Of a stretch of DNA of 64,000 nucleotides, positions 43,284 to 53,600 are shown one piece after another. The notes under the pieces were generated by a model, which saw only the letters and a program-made list of their open reading frames with translations, was not told the origin of the DNA and searched no databases. The DNA is taken from NCBI GenBank assembly GCA_007130045.1, contig SLTG01000021.1, positions 355 through 64,354 of the forward strand. The letters run 5' to 3'. The position numbers and the translations under genes are program-made. Position 1 is the stretch's first letter, and every line of letters begins with the position of its first letter. The DNA comes from Opitutales bacterium. GTDB lineage: Bacteria; Verrucomicrobiota; Verrucomicrobiia; Opitutales; T3Sed10-336.

Positions 43284-44681
43284 TTATTCTCCTTTTTCGT
43301 TCGGCATTTCCCCGTCCAACGGGAGCCAGGTGTCGATGCGGCGCGACAGATGCCTCACACGCTCCGGTTGTTCATCCGCGAGATTGTTCTTCTCGTGCGG
43401 ATCATCTTTTACATTGTACAATTCGATCCCCTCATGCACAGCAACAATCGAATCTCCGACGAAAACTTCAGGAGCAAGGCCGGGGTCGGGCAGGATCAGC
43501 TTCCAGTCCCCCTCGACAATCCACCGATAATAGAGTCCCTTGAGCGGTTCGTCGATCGGAGCCGGCATGTCGTGCCCGTATATGTCTCCAAACACAGCAT
43601 CTCTCTCCTCCACCGCCCTCCGATTCAGCAGATCGATTCCCTGCGAATCAGCCGATGGCTCCAGCCCCGCCGCCCGCAAAATCGTCGGTTTCAAGTCGAT
43701 GCTGCCGGCCAGGTTTTCCTCGTCCCTAAAGGGTTTCACCTTTCCCGTCCAGCGGACCATAATCGGCGTTCGCACGCCTCCTTCATGCGGACTGCGCTTC
43801 GATCGCGGAGCGTATCCCTCCTGTCGCCAATCCTCCGGCAGCCCCTCCATCTCCGGTGTGAGCTGGATCCACCCGTTGTCACAAACATAAAGAATGACGG
43901 TGTTGCCGCCCATCCCGTTCTCATCGATGTAATCGACCAACTGGCCACAAGTTTCATCGAACCACTCGACCATCGCATAATACCGGGCCAGTTCCATCGG
44001 CCTGCCCTCAAGCATATACTTATTCAGCAGGCGCTCCGGCGGGTTGTGTGGCGTGTGCGGCAGGAAGGGAGCGTACCAGACGAAAAAGGGCTTCTCCTCT
44101 CCCGCGGCATGCTCGATGAATTCAAAAATCGGCTCCATTCCATCCCGGCCAATCCTCAACCCCGCATCGCCATGCCGGGCTCCGCGGGCGGGATCGCCGT
44201 GTGTCATCCCGTGCGTGAACCCGCCGACGCTGTAATTGCCTTCCCACCACTTGCCTGACTGATGCGAAAGGTACCCCTCCTCCCCCAACCGCCGCGCGAT
44301 TGTCGGCAGTTCCGCCATGCGGTCAACATACGGCTGGTTCGCCTTCGGACGTCCACCCGAGGCGCGCCGCGCCTCAGGATCGGGGTCATTGCCCGTGATT
44401 CCGTGCTCGTGCGGATACATCCCCGTCGCGATCGACGCCAGCGACGGCCGGCACAGACTTGAGGGCACATAACCTCTCGTCATCAACAGGCTCTCCTCCG
44501 CCAACCGGTCCAGGTGCGGGGTTTGAATGTGCTCGTGACCCATAAAACCATAATGCCACCAGGACTGGTCATCGGAGATAATCAGCACGATATTCGGCCG
44601 ATCCGCGGCTTCCGCTTCGCTCACTAAGCCGAAGACGATCAAAAACGACAAGGAAACACCTGCACGGCAAAGGTTTATCAT
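43284..44681 (-). CDS. Sulfatase (S1, CxPSL variant)
   Basis: RPNIVLIISDDQ, LCRPSLASIATG, GKWWEG, PHTPH, CDNG and EGGVRTP. Start placed at ATG 44681 because it gives a signal peptide. Confidence 0.9.
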   Translation of the reverse strand: MINLCRAGVSLSFLIVFGLVSEAEAADRPNIVLIISDDQSWWHYGFMGHEHIQTPHLDRLAEESLLMTRGYVPSSLCRPSLASIATGMYPHEHGITGNDPDPEARRASGGRPKANQPYVDRMAELPTIARRLGEEGYLSHQSGKWWEGNYSVGGFTHGMTHGDPARGARHGDAGLRIGRDGMEPIFEFIEHAAGEEKPFFVWYAPFLPHTPHNPPERLLNKYMLEGRPMELARYYAMVEWFDETCGQLVDYIDENGMGGNTVILYVCDNGWIQLTPEMEGLPEDWRQEGYAPRSKRSPHEGGVRTPIMVRWTGKVKPFRDEENLAGSIDLKPTILRAAGLEPSADSQGIDLLNRRAVEERDAVFGDIYGHDMPAPIDEPLKGLYYRWIVEGDWKLILPDPGLAPEVFVGDSIVAVHEGIELYNVKDDPHEKNNLADEQPERVRHLSRRIDTWLPLDGEMPNEKGE

Positions 44682-45045
44682 AAAATCAGGTCTGTACAAG
44701 ACAGGCGTCATCAACAAAGTACTCCGAATAATTAACGATATGAGCGTTTCACTTCCCATTCATCAAATCGGCTAGTGAATCGCGCCATGCTTCCACATTC
44801 AAACAAATAACATACCCCTTCAGTCATTTCGCGGTATTTTCATTCACATCATCGGATTTTTCACTTCCAGTGTCTAATCTGAAATTTCATATTCACGCGC
44901 CATCGTGCCAGCCCTTCGCTGATTCACGGTCGACCGTCACGGTGGATACCGGTAAAAATCGCGGCAGTGGCACGGACTATTTCCATATGCCGTCATTCGA
45001 ATCGGGGCAATAAGGCGGGAATCATGGAACAGAAAGAATGTTGCA

Positions 45046-45075
45046 CTGTCCAAGCCTGTCCAAGCCTGTCCAAGC
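45046..45075. repeat. 10-bp direct repeat x3 (CTGTCCAAGC)
   Basis: Three perfect tandem copies in the divergent intergenic region upstream of the 45263 gene cluster. Confidence 0.95.
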
Positions 45076-45159
45076 CACCGTTTATTTTCATGTGCCGTCA
45101 TTCTGAATCCTGGATACCGGGCCGCAAAAAATCCCGTGTATCTCGGGGAATAATTCCTC

Positions 45160-45189
45160 TTGACTCGCTGCATCGGCCCTTTCTATCGT
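45160..45189 (+). promoter_or_regulatory. Candidate sigma70 promoter (TTGACT-N18-TATCGT)
   Basis: Near-consensus -35 and -10 elements about 75 bp upstream of ATG 45263. Confidence 0.35.
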
Positions 45190-45262
45190 CTATTCTGCGG
45201 CTGTCCTTAAAGTGAAAGTTGCCGGTAACCACGTTTAAGTTCGAAAATCCCGACCAGTTCTT

Positions 45263-46891
45263 ATGAAATTATCCTTTTGCACCGTCCTCTTGGCGATCGT
45301 CTGCGGCGCCCTGCTTTTCCATCCTTCCACGAAGGCATCCGCCGCCGTGGCCAGCCCCGATTACGAAAGGGAGAATTGGCCCGAAGTCCCCAAGCTGGTC
45401 TGGGCCAAGCCCGGTGAAAGCGGCGACTTCAACGATCCCGCAAACTGGCTGAAGAATGGGCAAGTATCCACTCGGGCGCCCGACCGCGACACGGATGTCG
45501 TCCTTCCTCCCGCACCGGGGCGATACCGCGTCAACGCCGGGCGCGATCGCGAAGTCCGCCATCTCACGGTCGGCGAAAACGCCGAGATTCGGGGCGTACA
45601 CCGCAATGAGCTGGAAATATGGGGCAATGCCTGGGTGAAGGATGGAGGCTGGGTGGAATACATCTCCATTCGTGGGCCGAAGAATACCTTTTTCCGGATG
45701 GACAGCGCCGAGTTTCCGACGAAGGAGAACGGCCTCACCTTTCTCGGCGGGCGATCCCGGACGTCCAAACCGCAGAGTCGTGGCCGGATCTCGCACAAAT
45801 TCGAGATCGCCAAATACGGCGATGGTTCGGTGGAGCTCATTGGCAACATCGGGGTTGGCGATGAGATCATGGTGCAGCACGGAAGAGCGATCATAAGCGG
45901 CGAGCTCCGCTGGTCGGGCGTAACCGACAAAGGCGCTATCGAGGTTTTCGACGGCGCGGTTCTCGAATTGCAGTCCGGCGCCACGATCGCGCCATTCCTA
46001 AGCAAGAACGGTAAAAACGTGTACAACGTCAACATCTACCGCGGCGGCATGCTTCAAGGGGGCTCGCCCGAACGCCCGCTGACCTCCGACGCCTACGTCC
46101 GGCTCGGCTACGGCTCCGACAACTCCGTGCAAGGCGAAAGCGGTCTCTTCGCCGCGCGAGGCTCGATTATCCGGGTCCACAGCAGCGATCCCGAAAACGC
46201 GCGGCTTGTCTTCCCCTCGATCACCGGCACGCCGGGATTCCACGACGGCGACGGCAATCTCCTCGCCGATACTGAAACTCCCGCCCGCGGCCCCGGCGGC
46301 ATCGTGCTCGACCTCGCCGGTGATGTCGATTTGCACGGAGCCTTCTTCGATTACGTCAGCGAGGGCGGAATTCGCCTTATTAACGCGGAAGTCCGCGACC
46401 AGTGGCGCGAGGTTGAATTTGGCGAGAATAACGCCGGTTCGCCCGACCGGCTGTTTGCCCAGCTCGAGGTGGATGCGGACGTCTATTATCATGAGCGGCT
46501 CGACGGCGCGAGCGAGTTCGCGCTGACGAGGAGGGCGCGGCAGACAATGGACGAGTTCATTCAACAACAGGATCCCTATCGGATCTCAGTCTCGCCCGAA
46601 TCCGTCCAAATGGGGGAAGCCTTTGATCCACACCGCGGTGGACGCACGTTCAAAAGGCCGGAGGCTGTCATCTTTAAAGACCCCATCGAGGTTTCCATCG
46701 AGGTCGAGGTTCCGGGAGCCGCGATCCACTACACAACCGACGGATCGGAAGTCTCACACGAGTCTCCCCGTTACACCGAACCGCTGCGGATCGAGCAAAC
46801 GACCCGCCTTAATGTCCGCGCTTACGCCGAAGGCAAATCCCCGAGCATGCCGGCCGCCTTCACTTATGTTTTCGAGGATGAAACCGATTAA
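45263..46891 (+). CDS. Secreted protein with C-terminal Fn3-associated/CHB_HEX_C-like domain
   Basis: Signal peptide, WAKPGESGDFNDPANW motif, a beta-rich body and C-terminal AAIHYTTDGSEV...YTEPLRIEQTTRLNVRAY. Confidence 0.8.
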   Translation: MKLSFCTVLLAIVCGALLFHPSTKASAAVASPDYERENWPEVPKLVWAKPGESGDFNDPANWLKNGQVSTRAPDRDTDVVLPPAPGRYRVNAGRDREVRHLTVGENAEIRGVHRNELEIWGNAWVKDGGWVEYISIRGPKNTFFRMDSAEFPTKENGLTFLGGRSRTSKPQSRGRISHKFEIAKYGDGSVELIGNIGVGDEIMVQHGRAIISGELRWSGVTDKGAIEVFDGAVLELQSGATIAPFLSKNGKNVYNVNIYRGGMLQGGSPERPLTSDAYVRLGYGSDNSVQGESGLFAARGSIIRVHSSDPENARLVFPSITGTPGFHDGDGNLLADTETPARGPGGIVLDLAGDVDLHGAFFDYVSEGGIRLINAEVRDQWREVEFGENNAGSPDRLFAQLEVDADVYYHERLDGASEFALTRRARQTMDEFIQQQDPYRISVSPESVQMGEAFDPHRGGRTFKRPEAVIFKDPIEVSIEVEVPGAAIHYTTDGSEVSHESPRYTEPLRIEQTTRLNVRAYAEGKSPSMPAAFTYVFEDETD

Positions 46892-46957
46892 TCCCTCGAT
46901 TCCTAAGCGACCGTGGCCTTGCCCGGATCGTTTCGCATACTTTGCGGGAGAATTCCA

Positions 46958-48967
46958 ATGACAACGAATGTTAGAACCGTCCTTTCCGTCCTGCTTTTTT
47001 CAGTGCTCGCGCATTTCCCGTTAAAGGCGGTAATCAACGTCGGCCTGCAGCCGGCAGACCTCTTCGAACGTTACGAAACCGTCCTTACCGGCGAAATCGA
47101 ACGGGTGGACGAGGAAGCCGGCGGCTTTTTCCTGCGGGTGACCGCGTTACACAAGGGCGAAACCCCGGAGGTCGGCGAGATCATCGAAATCTCGGCGGTA
47201 GACGCCATGGCAGAGGCTCTCGCGGACCAGGTGGACCCGATCGTCGACATCGCTCCCGGCAAGCCAGTCGCCGCCTTCGTCGGCATGCGCCAGCGCCGGG
47301 CCGAGGACCAGCTGCTCTTCTACGCCGGGGGCTTCTACCTCGGCACCCGGGTGTCGGATTCGCGATGGAACTGGACCGATGGAGACACTCAAATGACCGG
47401 CGTGGACGGCCAACCCGTGCCGACGATGGCCGGGACTTGGAACGGATCGACGCCTCAACTGAATCACATGCTTGAGGATTTGGCCCGCGGCGAAGCGTAT
47501 TTCCCCCGGCGCGGATACGCCGCGTTTAAGGAGGACATTCTGATCGACCAACTTGATGACACCGTGCGGGGCATCGCACTTTACGATCTATATGGCAATG
47601 GGCTTCCCGACATCTACGTCTCCTCGCCCGACGGCGATCGCGTGTACCTGCAGATGGCGCCGCTCGAATTTATCGACGCCACGGAATGGCTTGGCCTCGA
47701 GCAGGCAAGCGTGAGCATCGACGTTGCCGACTTTGATCTCGATGGCATCCCCGATTTGCTCGTCGGCGGCACCCTGCTCCGCGGCTCCGCCAACAGATCA
47801 GGGCAGCACGGCTTCACGCCCGTGGAGTCTTTCCCGCACGACGACGAGGAACGGGCCGCGCTCAAGGCCGCGGCGTTTATCGAAGCTGACGGGGACGGCT
47901 ACCCTGATGTCATCGTATCCCTCGAAGGAGGCGGTTTGCGTCTCTACCGCAATCCGGGCGAATCCGGCGGAGCTTTCACGGATATCACCGAGCATGCCGG
48001 CCTGGACCGGACGGAAGCCGGGGCCGGTGGCAACGGCTATTTCACGCTCGGCGATTGGACCGGGGACGGCCGAACCGATATCCACTACGCCGCCGGGCCA
48101 GGATTTCTGTTGATTCAGGATAGTGAGGGTCGCTTCGCGCCGCATCCGGACATGCCGGAATTGCGTTTCACGTCCGGCCCGGATGATGCACCCGGTCTGA
48201 CCGGCGCCGGCGCCTTCGCCCCGATCATCGGCTCCGGCCGGTTCGATCTCATCATCCCCGTGGCGAGCAGCTGGCATGTGATCGAGAATCGCAATGGCCA
48301 GCCGATCGACGTCACCGAGTACGGCAACGAGATCAACGAAGGTTCGTTTCTGCACCTTTCCACCGTCGCTTCGGACCTCACCCTGGATGGCAATGTGGAC
48401 ATCTATACGATCAGTCGCGCCCAGTACGGACACAACCGATTCATCATCAATCGCGGTTACGGCTCATTTATGCTCGCTACCGTGCATCGCGCTTACGACA
48501 AGATGTTCTCCGGTCCGTCGCAGGAACTGGGGGGCTGGGCTCTCGCGACCGGGGATGCCAATGGCGATGGGCAACCCGATATTCTGCTCGGCAACGAACA
48601 CGGACATGTGGTTCTCATTTTGAACGACACGCTGTCGTATCGAGAACCGGTGGAGCACCCGACCGACGACGTCGCGCGTATGCTCCAGGCAGGCGTACTC
48701 GCCGTCACGGTTGAAGGCCCGCGCGGCGTCGTCGGCGCCATCGTCCAGCTCGAAACTCCAGAGGGTGCCACAGTCGATATGCGGTTCATTGGTGGCAATA
48801 ACGCAGCCGGCAGCCGAGGCCCTGACGAGGCCATCTTCGGCGTGCGTAAGCCCGGCGACTACCTCGTTCGCGTGCGCTACGCCGACGGCCACGAACGCAC
48901 CTGGCCGGTGGAGATTTCGCCCGCAACCCAGGCGATCGCGCGCTTGACGGCAACTCGATCCGACTGA
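46958..48967 (+). CDS. FG-GAP/VCBS-repeat protein with ASPIC/UnbV-like C-terminus (CRTAC1-like)
   Basis: RBS GGGAG before ATG 46958 and a signal peptide. Repeated Ca-binding-type DxDxDGxxD motifs (DFDLDGIPD, EADGDGYPD, DWTGDGRTD, DLTLDGNVD, DANGDGQPD). C-terminal GVVGAIVQL...AIFGV...VRVRYADG. Confidence 0.85.
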   Translation: MTTNVRTVLSVLLFSVLAHFPLKAVINVGLQPADLFERYETVLTGEIERVDEEAGGFFLRVTALHKGETPEVGEIIEISAVDAMAEALADQVDPIVDIAPGKPVAAFVGMRQRRAEDQLLFYAGGFYLGTRVSDSRWNWTDGDTQMTGVDGQPVPTMAGTWNGSTPQLNHMLEDLARGEAYFPRRGYAAFKEDILIDQLDDTVRGIALYDLYGNGLPDIYVSSPDGDRVYLQMAPLEFIDATEWLGLEQASVSIDVADFDLDGIPDLLVGGTLLRGSANRSGQHGFTPVESFPHDDEERAALKAAAFIEADGDGYPDVIVSLEGGGLRLYRNPGESGGAFTDITEHAGLDRTEAGAGGNGYFTLGDWTGDGRTDIHYAAGPGFLLIQDSEGRFAPHPDMPELRFTSGPDDAPGLTGAGAFAPIIGSGRFDLIIPVASSWHVIENRNGQPIDVTEYGNEINEGSFLHLSTVASDLTLDGNVDIYTISRAQYGHNRFIINRGYGSFMLATVHRAYDKMFSGPSQELGGWALATGDANGDGQPDILLGNEHGHVVLILNDTLSYREPVEHPTDDVARMLQAGVLAVTVEGPRGVVGAIVQLETPEGATVDMRFIGGNNAAGSRGPDEAIFGVRKPGDYLVRVRYADGHERTWPVEISPATQAIARLTATRSD

Positions 48968-48973
48968 AATCCA

Positions 48974-50617
48974 ATGGTACCCGACATCACACCGCAGCTC
49001 GCGGTAGTTCCGATCCTCATCAACGCCGGTGCGGCGGCGCTGCCCGCCCTGATTGCGGGCGTAGCCAGTGTGGCCGCGCTCATCTTTAAGCCGCGCCAAC
49101 TCGTGCGCGCCTGTCGCCGGCATCCCGGTCGCGCTCTTGGCGTGTTGTTCGGAATCGCGGGGCTTACCGCCTTGATCGCATTCTGGCCGGCTGGTGATGC
49201 AACGGCTACAGGTACGGGGCGCCCGGCCACTTCCGCCAGCGCCTCCACCACCGATTGGACGCGTGTCGCGCTCGAAATCATCCGCGAGGAACAGCGCCGG
49301 CAATCCCGCGGACCCGCAGTGACGCAACAGGTTTCGGCTAACGCCGAAGGCGGCACGGTTGACGTCGCGACCAGCGACGTTGACGCCCAGCCCGCAATCT
49401 TCCGTGGCGGCATCGAACGCACGGGGTACGCCGGAGGTCCGGCACCCCTCGGCCTGCAACCGCTCTGGGAATACGAGGAGCCATTCGCGATGTTCCTCTC
49501 CTCGCCGATTGTTCATGCCGATCGGGTCTATGCCGCATGGACCCTGCTGGATCCGCCAAACAGCTATGGCGGCCTGATCGCTCTCGATGCCGCAACCGGT
49601 GACCTGCTCTGGGAGATCGACGAGCGCGACGACGGAGAACCCTTCGTAGGCATCTTCAGCTCCCCCGCGGTCAGTGCCGACGGCCGCTACGTCGTGATCG
49701 GCCAGGGTCTGCACTATGATGCGAACTGCGACTTGATCTGCGTTGACACACAGACGGGTGAAATCAAGTGGGTGGCGCCAACGCTCCTCCACCTCGAAAG
49801 TTCCCCGGCGATTTATGGCAACCTGGTGGTCATCGGCGCGGGCGCCATCGAAGTGGGCAGTGACCGCCAACCGGAGGGACATCCGGGGTACGTGTTGGCG
49901 GTGGATCTCGAAACGGGCCGCGAGGTTTGGCGGCACGACATCGCGGATCCCGAAAGTTCCCCCGCCGTGATCGACGGCATAGCCTATATCGGAAGCGGAT
50001 TCAACGGCAACGCCGTCGTCGCCCTCCGCACCGAGTCTGAAGATGCCTTGCAGGCCAGTGGAAAGGACCGTGAGCTCTGGCGGCGCGACACCCCCTATCC
50101 CGCCCTGGGCCCGATCACGATCGCTGGCAATCTCGTGCTTGCCGGCTGCGGGAATGGAGATTTCGTCTTTAGGGCGCAGAATCCCGCTGGCGCCGTGCTC
50201 GCCCTCGATCGCGATAACGGTGAGGTTCGCTGGGAAACCGCACTGCCCGATACGGTGCTTGGTGCCATTGCCGTGCGCGACAACCTTGCCATCTGCCCGG
50301 TGCGTAACGGCGAGGTCATCGCCCTTGATCTCGACGATGGTGCCATCGTCTGGCGCCAACGGATCAACGGCTCCGCCGCCATTCTCGGCGGTCCCGCGGT
50401 CACCGAGGATCTCGTTTACGCGGTCAGCCAGGATGGTTATCTCGCCATCCTGGAGTTGCAGGATGGCTCCGTGCTGGAAAGACACTATTTGAACTCCGAA
50501 AGGCGGCCGGGCACACTCGGGCTGTCGGTAAGCTCACCCTTCGTGAGCGACGGCCGCGTTTATATCGGCAGCGAAACCGGCGGCTTGCGCGCCTTCGACG
50601 GAAGCACGTCACGGTGA
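48974..50617 (+). CDS. Membrane-anchored PQQ-like (BamB-type) beta-propeller protein
   Basis: Two N-terminal hydrophobic segments, FRGGIERTG and repeated SSP..../ALDxxTGxxxW blades. Confidence 0.88.
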   Translation: MVPDITPQLAVVPILINAGAAALPALIAGVASVAALIFKPRQLVRACRRHPGRALGVLFGIAGLTALIAFWPAGDATATGTGRPATSASASTTDWTRVALEIIREEQRRQSRGPAVTQQVSANAEGGTVDVATSDVDAQPAIFRGGIERTGYAGGPAPLGLQPLWEYEEPFAMFLSSPIVHADRVYAAWTLLDPPNSYGGLIALDAATGDLLWEIDERDDGEPFVGIFSSPAVSADGRYVVIGQGLHYDANCDLICVDTQTGEIKWVAPTLLHLESSPAIYGNLVVIGAGAIEVGSDRQPEGHPGYVLAVDLETGREVWRHDIADPESSPAVIDGIAYIGSGFNGNAVVALRTESEDALQASGKDRELWRRDTPYPALGPITIAGNLVLAGCGNGDFVFRAQNPAGAVLALDRDNGEVRWETALPDTVLGAIAVRDNLAICPVRNGEVIALDLDDGAIVWRQRINGSAAILGGPAVTEDLVYAVSQDGYLAILELQDGSVLERHYLNSERRPGTLGLSVSSPFVSDGRVYIGSETGGLRAFDGSTSR

Positions 50618-53600
50618 TGAGCGATTCACCCTGGATTCTCCCGCTCACGTTGGCGCATGACGTGAGTTTGGTCGGCGGTAAAGCATCGAATCTCGCCCAA
50701 CTCATCAACTCCGGTCTCCCGGTTCCATCGGGGTTCGCCATTACCACCGCTTCCTTCCATGCGTGGTGCGATGCCGGAGACAATGGTATTCCAGAACCGG
50801 TCCGCGAAGCGATGATCGCCGCTTATCGCACGTTGGGCGGGCCGCAGGTCGCGGTGCGCTCTTCCGCGACAGCCGAGGATGGCAAGGAAGCCTCCATGGC
50901 TGGACAATACGAGACGATTCTCGGCGTGGAGGGCGAGGACGCGCTGTGCGCGGCGGTTTGTCGCTGCTGGCAGGCGTCCGACTCAGCCCGCGTCACGCAC
51001 TATCTCGCGAAGCATGCCCCCGGCATCGAGACGGTTTCGCTCGGACTTGTCGTTCAGCCCATGATTTCAGCCGATGCGGCGGGCGTGCTCTTCACGGCGA
51101 ATCCCCGCAATGGGCGCCGTAACGAGATGCTGCTTGAAGCCGCCTGGGGACTTGGCGAAGCTGTAGTGTCGGGGAAGGTCCAACCCGACGTTATCACACT
51201 GGATCACGACACCGGGCATGTGCTCGACGCGTCGATCGCGGAAAAGTCCGCGACATACGATCCCGCGACCGGCGAAATGAGCCCGCTTCCCCCTGAGCGG
51301 CGCTCGGTACCGGTCCTCGGCAGCGCCGATGTCGCGGCGCTTGCGCGTTGGGGCCGGCGCGTTGAAGATATCTTTGGCGAACCTCAGGACATCGAGTGGG
51401 CACTCCATCGTGGCCGCGTTTACCTCCTTCAATCTCGGCCCATCACCACGCTGGCGATTGCCGCGGCGCGTGAGGAGACACTGAACGAAACACGCGCCCG
51501 ACTGATTACCGCCCTCGAAACGGGACAGGGTCCTTGGATCGTGCATAACCTGGGCGAGACGGCGCCTCGGCCTACTCCGCTAACATGGACCGTTTTGCAG
51601 CGGTTCATGTCCGGGCAGGGTGGATACGGAAACCTCCAGCGCAAAGTGGGTTTCACTCCCGGTCCGTCCGTCGAGCGTGAAGGGTTCCTCGATCTGATCG
51701 GGGGGCAGATTTATATGGACGTTAGCCGCGGTCCCGAAATGTTCGGCGCAGGTTTTCCGTTTCACTACGATATCGAAAAGCTGCGGGCGGATCCGGATGC
51801 GGCAAATGGGCCGCCGACTCTGCCCGCGGGATCGATCGCGGCATTGTGGCGGGCAGGCCGGGTTTCCCGCTCGGTCGAACATCGCCTCGAAACGTATGCC
51901 GCCGATTTCGATCACCGGCTCGAAAGCGACATCATCCCGGCATTTGCAGCCTGGGTCGCGGAAGAGCGGAAGCGCGATCCGACGAAGCTCAGCCCGGCTG
52001 AATGGATCGATCTCTGGCGCATTCGCGAACAGCGGACCATGGACGACTTTGCTTCCAGCGCTCTGCTGCCGAGCGTGCTTTGCGTCTGGACGACGGACCG
52101 CTTTCGGCAATTCCTCGAGACCCGTTTTTGGGACGACGAGCCGGACGCCCTCCTGGCCACGCTCTCCGTCCCCGTCCGCCACGATTCCACTATCAAATCG
52201 AACTCAGGTTTGTGCGAGTTGGCCGAGGGCCGGAACAGCCTCGAAAACTGGCTGGGAGAGCATGGTCATCGTGCGCCGGAGGAGTTCGAACTCGCGACGC
52301 CCCGCTGGTCCGAACGGCCTGAAGCCATTGCCGGACTGGTTGAGCACATGCGCGGCCGCGAGGATCCGGCGATGCGGCATGACCAGCGCCAGCAAGCGGC
52401 GCGGGATTGTCTCGCCTCCCTTTCGCGGCGCCTCTCTTCCCGCGACTCCGCCACGCTCCAGACCCTGGCCGACCGGCTTTCGCGTTACCTGCCTTACCGC
52501 GAAGACGGGAAGCACCACCTGATGCTCGGCTATGGCCTGCTGCGCGATCTTGCCCTGGAAGCCGCGCGCCGTCTCGACCTCGACGCGGAGGTTTTCCTGC
52601 TTACGCCCGCGGAGATCGAGCACGCGCTTGAAACCGGCTACGCGCCTCACCACCTTATCAACGAGCGTCGCCTGCGCCGGGAAGCTGAGAAAGAGCTCGC
52701 ATTGCCGACACTGCTGACGCGCTTGGAAGTCGAGAATATAGGGGACCCGCCGCCCGTGGATTTCACTGTGGAACGATGGAAGTCAGTACCGCTCGCCGGA
52801 GGTCGCGGGAGTGGACCCGTGCGCATCCTGAACGCGCCGGATCAGATTGACGCGGGCGAGCGTGGCTTCGTCCTCGTTTGTGCCACAACCGACCCGGGAT
52901 GGACGCCGCTCTTCGCGAGCGCCGAGGCCGTTGTTGTGGAGCGTGGCGGCAGCTTGTCGCACGGCGCGGTCGTCGCGCGCGAAATGGGTGTGCCGGCCGT
53001 GACCTTGCCGGGAGCGACGCGGCTGTTGCGCGAGGGCGAAACGGTCACCGTCGATGGCCGGCATGGCTGGGTCGCACGCGGCGCCCCGCCTTCGTCCGCT
53101 TCTGACGAGGCTGGTGCAGCGGATGACGAGCCAATCCCCCGCGAACTCCAGCCACCGCCCCCCGGCGACGGCGAGGAGCAGGCCGCACGCTGGCGCCGTA
53201 TTGGTTTTTCCGTTTGGGGCGTGTTTCTTGCCGCCTTTTTCCTGCTCCCTGCGCCGTGGCTTCAGTACCCGGCAATCCAAACAGTGGACCTGCTCCTCTG
53301 GCCGCTGGTGGCCACCTGGGGCAAAGTGGCAACGGTCGCGATTCTCGCCGCGGTCACGGCCACTGTAATACTGGTCGGCCAGCGCGTGCTCAACGACCAT
53401 GCACGGCTCGTAATCGCCAAGCAGCGCTGGCAGCGACTGCAGGCCCGGGCCCGGACGTTGCCCGAGGACGCCCCGCGACGGAAACAACTGCTCGCCTGCG
53501 GCGCGGGAGTGCAGAAGCGCCTGACTCTCGCGGCGTTTACTCCCCTCGCCATCCTGCTGGGGCCGATGGTGCTTTCGTTCATGTGGCTTATGGAACGGAT

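Noticed and set aside
48464-50485. 673-aa antisense ORF across the FG-GAP and PQQ-like genes
   Set aside because: Antisense shadow of well-supported genes, with no recognisable domain.
48974-50617. Calling the propeller bamB or a PQQ dehydrogenase
   Set aside because: It has no lipobox, no bam/der gene context and no recognisable quinoprotein catalytic motifs. Only the repeat fold is supported.
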